From: Candidatus Methanomethylophilaceae archaeon
Lineage (GTDB): Archaea > Thermoplasmatota > Thermoplasmata > Methanomassiliicoccales > Methanomethylophilaceae
Length of the DNA stretch: 64,000 bases
Assembly (NCBI GenBank): GCA_050944155.1
Contig: JBMNQN010000001.1
Span: 1 to 64,000 of the forward strand
Direction: 5' to 3'
Below the pieces are notes generated by a model. It searched no databases. It was not told the DNA's origin and saw only the letters and a program-made list of their open reading frames with translations. Position 1 is the stretch's first letter; every line of letters starts with the position of its first letter. Below, one piece after another: positions 1-8,610 of the stretch. Made by a program: the position numbers and the translations under genes.

Positions 1-219
1 ACGTATGGGATTGGTGTCGTAATTCAGGTCCTTCAGAGTAAGATGGGGATTGTCGGCGACAACCGTCCCCACTCCCACGAGTATCGCGTCGAATTCCTTT
101 CGCAGACCTTTGGCCCGTTCTTTGTCTTCCGGCGACGAAATGGTAATCTGCGTACGGTCTTCTCCCGCAATTTTCCCGTCGGCGGACATGGCGCAGTTAA
201 TCTGTACGAACGGTCTCAT
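1..219 (-). CDS. 2,5-diamino-6-ribosylamino-4(3H)-pyrimidinone 5'-phosphate reductase (RibD C-terminal/Rib7 family), runs off the window edge
   Basis: Not in the ORF track. Manual translation from ATG 219: MRPFVQINCAMSADGKIAGEDRTQITISSPEDKERAKGLRKEFDAILVGVGTVVADNPHLT, with the RibD_C motifs SxDGKIA and DAILVGxGTVxxDNPxL. Overlaps the rtcA stop. Confidence 0.85.
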   Translation of the reverse strand, partial: MRPFVQINCAMSADGKIAGEDRTQITISSPEDKERAKGLRKEFDAILVGVGTVVADNPHLTLKDLNYDTNPIR

Positions 220-1246
220 TCTGCACTCCCGAATTTACGCTGAAGTGGTATCCGTCATCCCTTCTTTCCACTCCGAATCTCACGTCCAGGAAAGATTCGA
301 GAGTGTCCATCTGACTGAGAAGGTGTCTGCTTATGTTGGAAACTTTGAACGCGCTTTTTCCTTCGGCCATGGCCATGTAGGGAAGCAGCTGGTCCGCGGT
401 GTGAACGTCCACCGTGGCTCCGCTTTTCATCTCCTGAATCAGATCGTTCGCGGCATCGGCGCCGGTTTTTTCTGCCGAATATTCACGGGTGGTCAGAGCG
501 TTGCTTCCGAGACGTCCGTTTTCGTATTCCGCGACGAGACATATCCCCGCACCTCTGGAATCTCCGCGGGTGTTCTCTATTTCGATCTCCGCATCCGCAA
601 TCGGTTTCAGGGTTTTTTTGCAGGAACTGACTATTTCTTTTCCGATGCGTTCCGAAAGGTTCTGGGAAAAACATATGCCCTTTACCGACACGAGTTCTCC
701 CAAATCGCTCAGATCCATGGGAAGAATTTTTCCGATGGGGTCGAGGGTTGCGATAACGTGTCCTCCGCCCCGGGGGTAGAATCCTCTTTCCTTGATTTCC
801 GCCCGGGCGTGAATGTTCATTTTTTCCATGAGGGGAAAGAGAACCTGACGGTAGGAGTCTATGGGCGGCGCCCACAGGACGTTGGTTCCCCCTCGGATAT
901 CCACCGTCAGACGTTCGGTATGGTTTCTGGCTGCCAGCAGAATCGCCTGAAGCACCAGAGAGATGCTTCCGGCGGTGCCGATGTTCAGAGTTATGCTGTT
1001 CTTCTGTTCTTTTCCCGGAATGAATATCAGATCCGAAGAACCGGTGAAATTTCCCTCGACTTCCGATCCGGTCATTTCCGCCACGGCGCTGATTGCGGCG
1101 CAGTGCTGTTTGGAAAGGCCGTTGGTGGGTCTGTTTTCCCTTATTCTCGTAAGGTGCGTGGGAATGCCCGTGACCGCAGACAGGGCAACCGAGGTACGGA
1201 CCATCTGTCCGCCGCCTTCACCTCTGGAGCTGTCTATCTCGAGCAT
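197..1246 (-). CDS. rtcA: RNA 3'-terminal phosphate cyclase
   Basis: N-terminal LEIDSSRGEGGGQMVRT, RPTNGLSKQH, RGFYPRGGG, and DVHTADQLLPY with the catalytic His. Start placed at MLEID behind a GGAGG site. Confidence 0.93.
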   Translation of the reverse strand: MLEIDSSRGEGGGQMVRTSVALSAVTGIPTHLTRIRENRPTNGLSKQHCAAISAVAEMTGSEVEGNFTGSSDLIFIPGKEQKNSITLNIGTAGSISLVLQAILLAARNHTERLTVDIRGGTNVLWAPPIDSYRQVLFPLMEKMNIHARAEIKERGFYPRGGGHVIATLDPIGKILPMDLSDLGELVSVKGICFSQNLSERIGKEIVSSCKKTLKPIADAEIEIENTRGDSRGAGICLVAEYENGRLGSNALTTREYSAEKTGADAANDLIQEMKSGATVDVHTADQLLPYMAMAEGKSAFKVSNISRHLLSQMDTLESFLDVRFGVERRDDGYHFSVNSGVQNETVRTD

Positions 1247-1301
1247 AATATCACTGCCTCCGAATGGTATGAGAATCATATAGACTTAACGAGGGCAAAG
1301 G

Positions 1302-1373
1302 TGCGGCCGCCGGGATTTGAACCCGGGTCAGAAGCTTGGGAAGCTCCCGTCCTGACCGCTGGACTACGGCCGC
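1302..1373 (-). tRNA. tRNA-Gly(CCC)
   Basis: Reverse complement GCGGCCGTAGTCCAGCGGTCAGGACGGGAGCTTCCCAAGCTTCTGACCCGGGTTCAAATCCCGGCGGCCGCA folds as a cloverleaf with anticodon CCC. Confidence 0.95.
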
Positions 1374-1619
1374 TCAGATTCGGAATTCCGTACTTTATAA
1401 TAAATATGAGCCTCTTTCCGCCGTTTTCCGCATTGATGCAGGGATACTGTGCGGTATTTTCCTGCGGAATCCGGTTATTCGGTTATAACGGGAAACCGGA
1501 TCCGAAAAGACGGCACAGAGGCACCGGTCCGGTCTCGGTACCGATAATGTTTCTTCGGATTGCGGAACGGGGGCACTCTGCCATGTCTTTTAATACTGCT
1601 TAGATATTCGTTGTGGCGC

Positions 1620-1692
1620 GGGCTCGTGGTCTAGTGGTTATGACGTCGCCCTTACAAGGCGAAGGCCGCCGGTTCAATTCCGGCCGAGCCCA
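1620..1692 (+). tRNA. tRNA-Val(TAC)
   Basis: GGGCTCGTGGTCTAGTGGTTATGACGTCGCCCTTACAAGGCGAAGGCCGCCGGTTCAATTCCGGCCGAGCCCA; anticodon stem TCGCC/GGCGA, anticodon TAC; followed by T-rich tracts. Confidence 0.96.
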
Positions 1693-1754
1693 CTTTCTGA
1701 AAAAATCTCTGGGAGTTCTTCCGAAGCAGTCTTCTTTTTTTTGAAATTTCGGGA

Positions 1755-1846
1755 AAATAAAGCGCACCGGAATGCGAAGGAGGAAGAACCCGCGACAAAC
1801 AGGGGCATTCCGGTGTGATGTCCTGAGTGGACATATCATCCATCCA
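1755..1846 (-). ncRNA. candidate structured small RNA, copy A of a tandem pair
   Basis: Hairpin ATGTCC/GGACAT followed by an 11-bp stem CACCGGAATGC/GCATTCCGGTG enclosing TTCTTCCTCCTT. TATA-like TTTATTAAC upstream (1859-1867) and a T-rich 3' end. Confidence 0.6.
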
Positions 1847-2048
1847 TATGTTGCCGCAGTTAATAAACTCTTGCATCAAAGCCGTGTTTTCCGCCGAAAC
1901 GTTATTCCGACCGTAAGCCGAAGAAACAAAGCGCACCGGAACGCTAAGGAGGAAGAACCCACGAGAAACGGGGCGCGTTCCGGTGTGAGGTCCATATATG
2001 GACACATCATCCATCCATTAATTAACCTTGTTAATAAACCTTTTGCAT
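1758..2048. repeat. two imperfect direct repeats of about 120 bp (1758-1876 and 1928-2048), period about 170 bp
   Basis: Shared blocks aaagcgcaccggaa, aaggaggaagaaccc, ttccggtgtga, atcatccatccat, gttaataaac and ttgcat. Confidence 0.92.
1925..2017 (-). ncRNA. candidate structured small RNA, copy B of a tandem pair
   Basis: Stem CACCGGAACGC/GCGTTCCGGTG (compensatory change relative to copy A), the same TTCTTCCTCCTT loop, TATA-like TTTATTAAC at 2030-2038. Confidence 0.6.
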
Positions 2049-2098
2049 TTCCGGTACGGTTTTTTACCGGATTTCCGCAGAATAATGCTGCAGGGAGA

Positions 2099-2174
2099 TG
2101 GTGGGCCCGGCCGGATTTGAACCGGCGGCCTTCGCCGTGTGAAGGCGACGTCATAACCCCTAGACCACGAGCCC
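2099..2174 (-). tRNA. tRNA-Val(CAC), CCA encoded
   Basis: Reverse complement GGGCTCGTGGTCTAGGGGTTATGACGTCGCCTTCACACGGCGAAGGCCGCCGGTTCAAATCCGGCCGGGCCCACCA. Confidence 0.96.
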
Positions 2175-2273
2175 GAACATGCGACAGATGGCATTTTCTT
2201 ATTTAATTATGCTACTTTGCCGGAGGCCGTAAACGGGAATAAAGATTAACATTCCGATGCCGTTGTCCGCCGC

Positions 2274-3656
2274 ATGCCGGATTCCTCGGAGAACAAAACG
2301 GGCAGAAGCGAAAAAGAACTTTTTCAGAGAGCTTTCGATAACATCCTGAACACGGAAAAGAAAGACTATCCCAGTTACATGGGAGGCCTGTCCGTAGCTT
2401 CGGGAAGAGATTACGAACTTGCAAGTCCGATAGATGGCACGATTATTTTCGGCCGGGTTCAGGTTCCGGAAAAAGGAACGGCCGCAGAGGCCGTCGGATA
2501 CGCGGAAAGGGCATTTGCGTCCTGGTCGGCGAAATCCGGAGCGGAAAGGGCAGAATTGTTCGGAAACGTCCTGAAAAGGGTCAGGGCCCAGAGATACATC
2601 CTCGCGTCTTACGTCATGCTCAGTACCGGAATGTCGGAGAAAGACTGTTTGGCGGAAGCCGACGGTCTCGCTTCCGCGATAGAAAAGGCGTGTGAAGACG
2701 AAATCAAGGGGGAAGGTTCCCCTGCAGGAGTTTGGGGAATCCTGTCCGATCACGTTTCGCCTCTGGCATTCCCCGCCGCCGCGGCAGCGTGTGCGATGAT
2801 TTCCGGAAACACCGTGGTGTGCATACCATCCGCCGGATGTCCCGTGCCCATGTTCGTTTTCTACGGAATTCTTACGGCAGCAGGCCTACCTCCGGGAGTG
2901 TTCAATATCGTTCCCGGAGGAATGAGAGAAGACGCCGAAATCGCAGGCGAACCGGCGCTGAAAGGAATCGCGGCGTCGGTAAGCGGAAAAAGAGCGGAAG
3001 AACTGATTTTCCTGCCCGCCGACGAAGAACTGATGTTCGTCAACGAAATAAAGGGAATGAACCCCATAGCCGTTCACAAACCCGGTGATATGAAAGCGAC
3101 CGCCGCAAGCATAATCGAATCGGCGTTCAGAAGCTCCGGACAGAGGCTTTACTCCTGCTCCAAGGTCATAACAACCCACGGCGAAAGAGAAAAACTCGTA
3201 TCCGAACTTCTTTCCGCCGTAAAATCCCTGAAAGTCGGAGACCCTGCCGAGGAAGGAACTTCCGCAGGACCGATATTTTCGGAAGAAGATTACAAAAGGT
3301 TCGTTTCGTTGGCCGACGAACTCCGCTCCGACGTCATATACGGAGGGAAATCTGCCTCCGAAGGCGGACGTTACGTCACGCCGATGATAGTTTCCGGTTC
3401 GGATCCGGAATCGCCCGTAAGATACTCCGACACGGGTCTGCCCGTTCTTGCCGTTGTCTCCCTTTCCGATTTCGGAGAGATGATGGAAGAGATGGAAGAA
3501 ACCGAATGCGGCCTTTCCGCTTCCCTGTTTTCGGAGAACAAATCTTCGATCGGTATCTTCGGGAAGTACGCGGGAGCCGAAACAATCAACATCAACAGAG
3601 GAACGGAAAATCTGGTTCCCGCTTCAAACATAAACCGCGGACTGTTCCTGAAGTAA
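2274..3656 (+). CDS. aldehyde dehydrogenase family protein (P5C-dehydrogenase-like, degenerate active site)
   Basis: ALDH fold motifs GNTVV, AGLPPGVFNIVPG, SAFxxSGQ, LKVGDP, GRYVTPMIV and CGLSASLFS; the catalytic Cys position reads GQRL. Confidence 0.75.
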   Translation: MPDSSENKTGRSEKELFQRAFDNILNTEKKDYPSYMGGLSVASGRDYELASPIDGTIIFGRVQVPEKGTAAEAVGYAERAFASWSAKSGAERAELFGNVLKRVRAQRYILASYVMLSTGMSEKDCLAEADGLASAIEKACEDEIKGEGSPAGVWGILSDHVSPLAFPAAAAACAMISGNTVVCIPSAGCPVPMFVFYGILTAAGLPPGVFNIVPGGMREDAEIAGEPALKGIAASVSGKRAEELIFLPADEELMFVNEIKGMNPIAVHKPGDMKATAASIIESAFRSSGQRLYSCSKVITTHGEREKLVSELLSAVKSLKVGDPAEEGTSAGPIFSEEDYKRFVSLADELRSDVIYGGKSASEGGRYVTPMIVSGSDPESPVRYSDTGLPVLAVVSLSDFGEMMEEMEETECGLSASLFSENKSSIGIFGKYAGAETININRGTENLVPASNINRGLFLK

Positions 3657-3657
3657 A

Positions 3658-4353
3658 TCACAAACCTCTTACCGAGACCCTTTTGACGAAAGGTTCGGCG
3701 GCAGCCTTCATGGAACGCAGTTCTTTTTCCGAATAGGGTTTTACTTTTCCCGCTTCCGGGTTCATGGTGACGCCGGGTCTGAACTGCTGTATGCAGAAGC
3801 GGTCCGCACCGCGTATCTTCGACGCTATTTCTTTTATGTCCTCGGGGGAAACCGCTCCCGGATAGACCGTGGTTCTGAATTCGTGGTCTATTCCGGAGTC
3901 GATTATTATTCTGATGCTTTTTTCTATGTCGTCCACTTTGCCGTATCCCCCCGTGGCTTCAGAATACTTGTCGGCGCGTAACGAAGTTTTTATGTCCATG
4001 GCGACGTAATCCACAAGTCTGGCACCTATGATATCGTCAAGAATTTCAGGATTGCTTCCGTTGGTATCGAGTTTAACGGCGATACCGGTTTTCTTCAGTT
4101 TTTTAAGAAGACCGTAAAGATCCCCGCTGACGGTGGGCTCTCCGCCGGATATCACGATTCCGTCCAGAAAATCCCTGTTTTTTTCTATATATTCCAGGAC
4201 GGTATCCAAATTCACGGAGTCGGCGCGGTTTTCTGCGACATCCGGATTGTGACAGAAAGGACACGAAAAATTGCATCCGCACAGAAAAATCATGCACGAA
4301 ACCTTGCCGTCCCAATCGGAAAGGGTAGTTTTCACGAAGCCTCCGATTTTCAT
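3658..4353 (-). CDS. nrdG: anaerobic ribonucleoside-triphosphate reductase activating protein (radical SAM)
   Basis: CNFSCPFCHNP, LDGIVISGGEPT, VKLDTNGS, VDYVAMDIK, HEFRTT. Confidence 0.85.
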   Translation of the reverse strand: MKIGGFVKTTLSDWDGKVSCMIFLCGCNFSCPFCHNPDVAENRADSVNLDTVLEYIEKNRDFLDGIVISGGEPTVSGDLYGLLKKLKKTGIAVKLDTNGSNPEILDDIIGARLVDYVAMDIKTSLRADKYSEATGGYGKVDDIEKSIRIIIDSGIDHEFRTTVYPGAVSPEDIKEIASKIRGADRFCIQQFRPGVTMNPEAGKVKPYSEKELRSMKAAAEPFVKRVSVRGL

Positions 4354-4420
4354 TTTTGTCGGATTCCGTATGGACGTTCGGTATAAAGAGAGTAATATAC
4401 CGACCCGACCATTCCCCGTT

Positions 4421-5959
4421 ATGGCACAGAAAACCGTAAGGTTTTATCCTGCGGGCAAGGAAATCAAGGTCGAAGAAGGCACCCGGATAGCTCAGGCCGC
4501 CAAAGCCGCCGGAGTGGAAATAAAGCTTCCCTGCGGCGGAAAGGGAAAATGCGGACGTTGCGGAGTATACGTCAGTCTGACCGCGGAGGACGGAAGAGAA
4601 CCGAACCCCAACGGAATGGAAAGGAAACTGGCGTGCATTACCCCCGTCGAAGAAAATATCGACATTTTCGTCCCCTTCGACGAGGACGGCAGAATCGTTG
4701 CGGGAGAAGACCGCAGAAAGGCGTACGACGGGGAACTTGTACCGGTGGTCAAAGCCCGCGGAAAAGTACAGCTGGGTCTTGCGGTGGATCTCGGAACCGC
4801 GGCCATCGCCGTAAGCATTCTGGATCTCAAAAAAGGACTGGAACTTTATTCCACGGTGGGCGACAATCCCCAGTCTTTTGCAGGAGACGATCTCGAATCC
4901 CGCAGAGCCTACGCCGATTCGGTGGGCGAAGAGAAACTCAGAAAAGCAGCCATAGACAGGATAAATGATTTGATGTACATTTTCGTCAACGATCCTGAAG
5001 ACATCAAGGTCGCCGTAATTTCGGGAAAGCCCTATCTGATGGAATCTCTGACCGAAGTCTGCAGCATGACCGGAGGGCCGTTCTGCAAAGGAGGAAAAGA
5101 ACTGGGTCTCGAAATCGGAGCCCAGGCGGAAATTCTGTGCGTCAAAGATCTGTCCGCCGAAGTGGGAGGAGACCTTATCGGGGGAATAATCGGTGCCGGA
5201 ATGGACCGTTCGGAAGAAAATATTCTGTTAATCGACCTGGGTTCCACGGTTCAGCTGGCACTCGGAAACAAAGATAAAATTTCGGTATGCGCTGCCGACT
5301 CTGGTCCGGCTCTGGAAGGAGGAAACGTGATTTTCGGAATGACTCCGTCCATAGGAGCGATAGACAGCGTGATGTTCAGGCGCGGCCGTCTCAATTATAC
5401 GGTCATCGGAGGAATACCCCCGGTGGGCATATGCGGTTCCGGTCTGATCGACCTTACGGCCCAGATGTATTCCCACGGGCTTATCGATTCCGAGGGTAAA
5501 TTCACCAAAAAAACCAAACCTTTCGAATCGGAAGATGGGCCCGCCTATTCCGTGGCGGAAGGAATCTACGTTACCGAGTCGGACATATCCGCGGTGCTGA
5601 AAGCCAAGGCGGCGGTATCCGTATCCGTCAGGGCTCTGATGGAGCATGCAGGCGTCGCTCCGGAGGATGTGAAGAAAATAGTCATATCCGGTTCTTTCGG
5701 AAACTTCGTGAACACGGACAACGCCGTGGCTCTGGGTATGTTTCCGGATGTCGACAGGGACAAATTCGATTATCTGGGTAATGCGTCGATGACCTATGCC
5801 AAAAACATAATTCTTTCCGAGGACGTGAGAAACCGCGCCGATGCCGTGCCGGGAATAGTCGATGTGGTAAACACCCGCACGGAAAAATACGCCGGGGATA
5901 TGATTGCGGCCAGGAAAATATCGGAAAAAAAGAAACCGAGACGGAAACTTTTCGGATGA
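4421..5959 (+). CDS. ASKHA-domain reductive activator of corrinoid proteins (RACo/AcsV-like) with N-terminal [2Fe-2S] domain
   Basis: CGGKGKCGRC...LAC ferredoxin domain; GLAVDLGT, LLIDLG, GPALEG, GICGSGLID, ISGSFG, YLGNAS. Confidence 0.85.
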   Translation: MAQKTVRFYPAGKEIKVEEGTRIAQAAKAAGVEIKLPCGGKGKCGRCGVYVSLTAEDGREPNPNGMERKLACITPVEENIDIFVPFDEDGRIVAGEDRRKAYDGELVPVVKARGKVQLGLAVDLGTAAIAVSILDLKKGLELYSTVGDNPQSFAGDDLESRRAYADSVGEEKLRKAAIDRINDLMYIFVNDPEDIKVAVISGKPYLMESLTEVCSMTGGPFCKGGKELGLEIGAQAEILCVKDLSAEVGGDLIGGIIGAGMDRSEENILLIDLGSTVQLALGNKDKISVCAADSGPALEGGNVIFGMTPSIGAIDSVMFRRGRLNYTVIGGIPPVGICGSGLIDLTAQMYSHGLIDSEGKFTKKTKPFESEDGPAYSVAEGIYVTESDISAVLKAKAAVSVSVRALMEHAGVAPEDVKKIVISGSFGNFVNTDNAVALGMFPDVDRDKFDYLGNASMTYAKNIILSEDVRNRADAVPGIVDVVNTRTEKYAGDMIAARKISEKKKPRRKLFG

Positions 5960-5963
5960 TATC

Positions 5964-6701
5964 ATGATAATCGCATTCGCGGGAAAAGGCGGCGTGGGAA
6001 AGAGTACGATTGCGTCCCAGGTCGTGAGAAGGCTTTCCGGCAGAGGGTCGGTATTGGCGGTGGACGCGGACCCCAACTCAAATCTGAGCGACAAACTCGG
6101 AATGGAAGTCAAAGGAACCATAGGCGGACTCAGGGACGAAACGGTCGCATATCCAGAAAAAATTCCTGCGGGAATGAGCAAACAGCAGTACGTTTCCGAA
6201 CAGGTTCAGAGAATCATTACCGAATACGGTAACACGGATCTGTTGGTTATGGGCAGGCCGGAGGGCGAGGGATGTTACTGTTTCATCAACAGTTCCCTGA
6301 AGGAATGTTTCGGCAGAGTCTTCCCGTACTATGATTACGTGGTCGTGGACAACGAAGCGGGAATGGAACACATGTCCAGAAAAATACTGCCCAGCGCGGA
6401 CGTGTTCTTGTTCGTTTCCGACCCTTCCCTGACTGGAATACGGACGGTTGCAAGACTTTCCGATCTGGCGGAAGAAGTGGGGATTGATGTCGGAAGAAAG
6501 ATTCTGATAATCAACAGGGCTCCGGAGACGGTTCCCGAAAAATTGGAAGAGGCAGCGAAAGAAGCGAGATTCCATGAAATAATGCTGTTTCCCTCGGACG
6601 GTTTCATCACGGATTCCGCTCTGGAATCCGAAGTGCTGGACGTTCCGGAAGATTCTCCCTTCGGAAAATCCGTGGAAGAACTTCTGAATCTTATTCTGTG
6701 A
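5964..6701 (+). CDS. CooC/AcsF-type nickel-insertion ATPase
   Basis: AGKGGVGKST P-loop, LAVDADPNSNL, MGRPEGEGCYCFIN (CxC), VVDNEAGMEH. Confidence 0.88.
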   Translation: MIIAFAGKGGVGKSTIASQVVRRLSGRGSVLAVDADPNSNLSDKLGMEVKGTIGGLRDETVAYPEKIPAGMSKQQYVSEQVQRIITEYGNTDLLVMGRPEGEGCYCFINSSLKECFGRVFPYYDYVVVDNEAGMEHMSRKILPSADVFLFVSDPSLTGIRTVARLSDLAEEVGIDVGRKILIINRAPETVPEKLEEAAKEARFHEIMLFPSDGFITDSALESEVLDVPEDSPFGKSVEELLNLIL

Positions 6702-8610
6702 AGGGCATGCCGGCGGCCGGGTGGTTTTTCTCGGAAATCCACTGTGCCAGCTCTTCAGGAGTGTGCACGCTTTTTTCGTCCGCAATCATGCCGTAAAGTC
6801 CCGGATGCGCTTCTTCGCACAATTCGCGGAAGGGCTCTCCGAGAAGGGATTTCAGGCGGGAACCCATCCATGATATGCGTTTTATTCCCCCGTCCTCCCT
6901 GAGAAAAGCGGGGCTCAGGATGTAGCGTCTTCCGATTCCCACCATTCCCGGGCACAAACCGCCTCTTCCTATAATCGAAGACGCCTCGCCGTAAGTAATA
7001 CCCGAAGGATTGATTCCGGAATCGGTTCTGTCCACGATTATTATCGATTTTCCGTCGGCGGACAGTGCAGCGAACGCCTGCATGCATCCGCACGAGGTCA
7101 TCGGAGCTTCCAGGCTGTGAAGGCAGACTCTTTTCACGGCACCCATGGACACGGTATTCATGAGTTCGTTGATTCCGCTCCATTCTCCTTTTTTCGAATC
7201 TATCGGAATTCCTTTCGGGAAAGGACGCTGCAGTCCTCCGGGGTTTGACATGCTGCCTGCGGCCGCGTCTGTCCAGGTAACGGAACCGCATACGCCGGGT
7301 CTGTCGGGAGTTATGATGCATATGTGGTTGGGAGCGTACGTCTGGCACATGGTGCAGGTGTAGAAACAATCCGCCGTTTCGTCCGAAATTTCGGGTTCTT
7401 TGTTTTCCGCGTAAAATGCAAGACGGCCGTTCACGTAATCGGAATCCGCCGAAACCGTCACTCCGATTTTGTTTTTGAGACGTTTTTCCGCATTATCTCT
7501 GATAGTTTTTCCGATATCGTAAAAAGTAAGACCGTTTTCCTTTCCGTCTTTGCTTATGCGAATCCAGAAAGACGTTCCGGACCCGCTGTGCCAGATGCCG
7601 TCCGTTCCGTCGAGAGTCTCCTGTGCCAGCATTACCGCCGCACGAAGAACCGCAGGATTGGACGTATCGGTCCGTATTTCGATTCCAAACGTATGGGCGC
7701 CTTCCGACTCCGGCAGCTCTTTTCCGATTACGTTTACGGAGAAGTCTCCGTCTCCCGAATACACGGCGGAAACGAAGGACACGGGCGCATCCGGCCCTCC
7801 CGCTTCGAAAAACGTATCCGTCCTGCGTATGCGTCCTTTCCCGGATGTTTTTTCCTGGGATACGATTCCGCGACCGATTAATGCTCTTTCTGCCATGTTT
7901 TCCGATGCATGTTCCGACAGCCTGGGTATTGTGTTTATCGTATCGGAAACGATATAGGCACCAGCTGCCGCGGCCGAGAAAATCTGCAGAACGTTCATCA
8001 CAGTCGGGGTTCCCGTATGGATTACGACCAGACCGGATTTTTTCTTGAGAGTTTTTGCAACGGAAAGGTAATCTCCGGGTTCGGCAAACTTCTTTCCGAC
8101 AGCTGCCGATGCCAGAATTCCGTTGATAGCCAGTACGTCAAAATCGCTTATTCCGAAAACGTTTCGACTGTCATATCTCCAACGGGAATATTCTCCCGAA
8201 AGCAGAACTGTCAGACCTGCATCAATGCAGTATTCCACATCCTTTTTTCTTTCTTCGGAAACCTTTCCGATAAAAACAGCAATCCCGGGAACGTTTCCGT
8301 CCGACAGATTTTCGGTCATTTCTTCGGTGATCTCCGAAGGGAGCGCACCCGTTTTTACCAATATGTCGTAAAAAACCGAAACGCCGACTCCCATGTCTAC
8401 GGCCTTCGCAAGTCCTTTCCGTTCGGTACGGAAGAGTTTTGCGGCGTTCGAAGGTTCCACCTTTTCCGCCCCCTTCCAGGCGTATGCGGATTCTATACGG
8501 CATTCCTTCTCCGGGGAACCGGATACGGCACGTGCCAGAGCATCGTATCCGGCTGCAAGCGCATCGGGTACGTTTTTCGCTCTTCCGTATAAAACGTCCG
8601 GTATGTTCAT
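6691..8610 (-). CDS. acetyl-CoA synthase catalytic subunit-like protein (AcsB/CdhC family)
   Basis: A-cluster motifs CTMCQTYAPNHICIITPDRPGVCG and PMTSCGC; also FWIRISK and EDGGIKRISWM. The N-terminal half is divergent. Confidence 0.85.
   Translation of the reverse strand: MNIPDVLYGRAKNVPDALAAGYDALARAVSGSPEKECRIESAYAWKGAEKVEPSNAAKLFRTERKGLAKAVDMGVGVSVFYDILVKTGALPSEITEEMTENLSDGNVPGIAVFIGKVSEERKKDVEYCIDAGLTVLLSGEYSRWRYDSRNVFGISDFDVLAINGILASAAVGKKFAEPGDYLSVAKTLKKKSGLVVIHTGTPTVMNVLQIFSAAAAGAYIVSDTINTIPRLSEHASENMAERALIGRGIVSQEKTSGKGRIRRTDTFFEAGGPDAPVSFVSAVYSGDGDFSVNVIGKELPESEGAHTFGIEIRTDTSNPAVLRAAVMLAQETLDGTDGIWHSGSGTSFWIRISKDGKENGLTFYDIGKTIRDNAEKRLKNKIGVTVSADSDYVNGRLAFYAENKEPEISDETADCFYTCTMCQTYAPNHICIITPDRPGVCGSVTWTDAAAGSMSNPGGLQRPFPKGIPIDSKKGEWSGINELMNTVSMGAVKRVCLHSLEAPMTSCGCMQAFAALSADGKSIIIVDRTDSGINPSGITYGEASSIIGRGGLCPGMVGIGRRYILSPAFLREDGGIKRISWMGSRLKSLLGEPFRELCEEAHPGLYGMIADEKSVHTPEELAQWISEKNHPAAGMPFTE

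Noticed and set aside
50-1603. 517-aa plus-strand ORF and many other long antisense ORFs (e.g. 13840-14874, 47217-48521, 51964-53205)
   Set aside because: Shadow frames opposite well-supported genes or tRNAs, with no motifs; expected from codon bias that leaves few antisense stops.
1758-2048. Tandem repeat as a CRISPR array or peptide-coding ORF (1652-2014)
   Set aside because: Only two long diverged units, no repeat-spacer periodicity, no cas genes; the indel between copies breaks frame equivalence.
1620-2174. Inverted tRNA-Val pair as att sites of an integrated element
   Set aside because: Both are full-length tRNAs with different anticodons, in inverted orientation, and no integrase is present.
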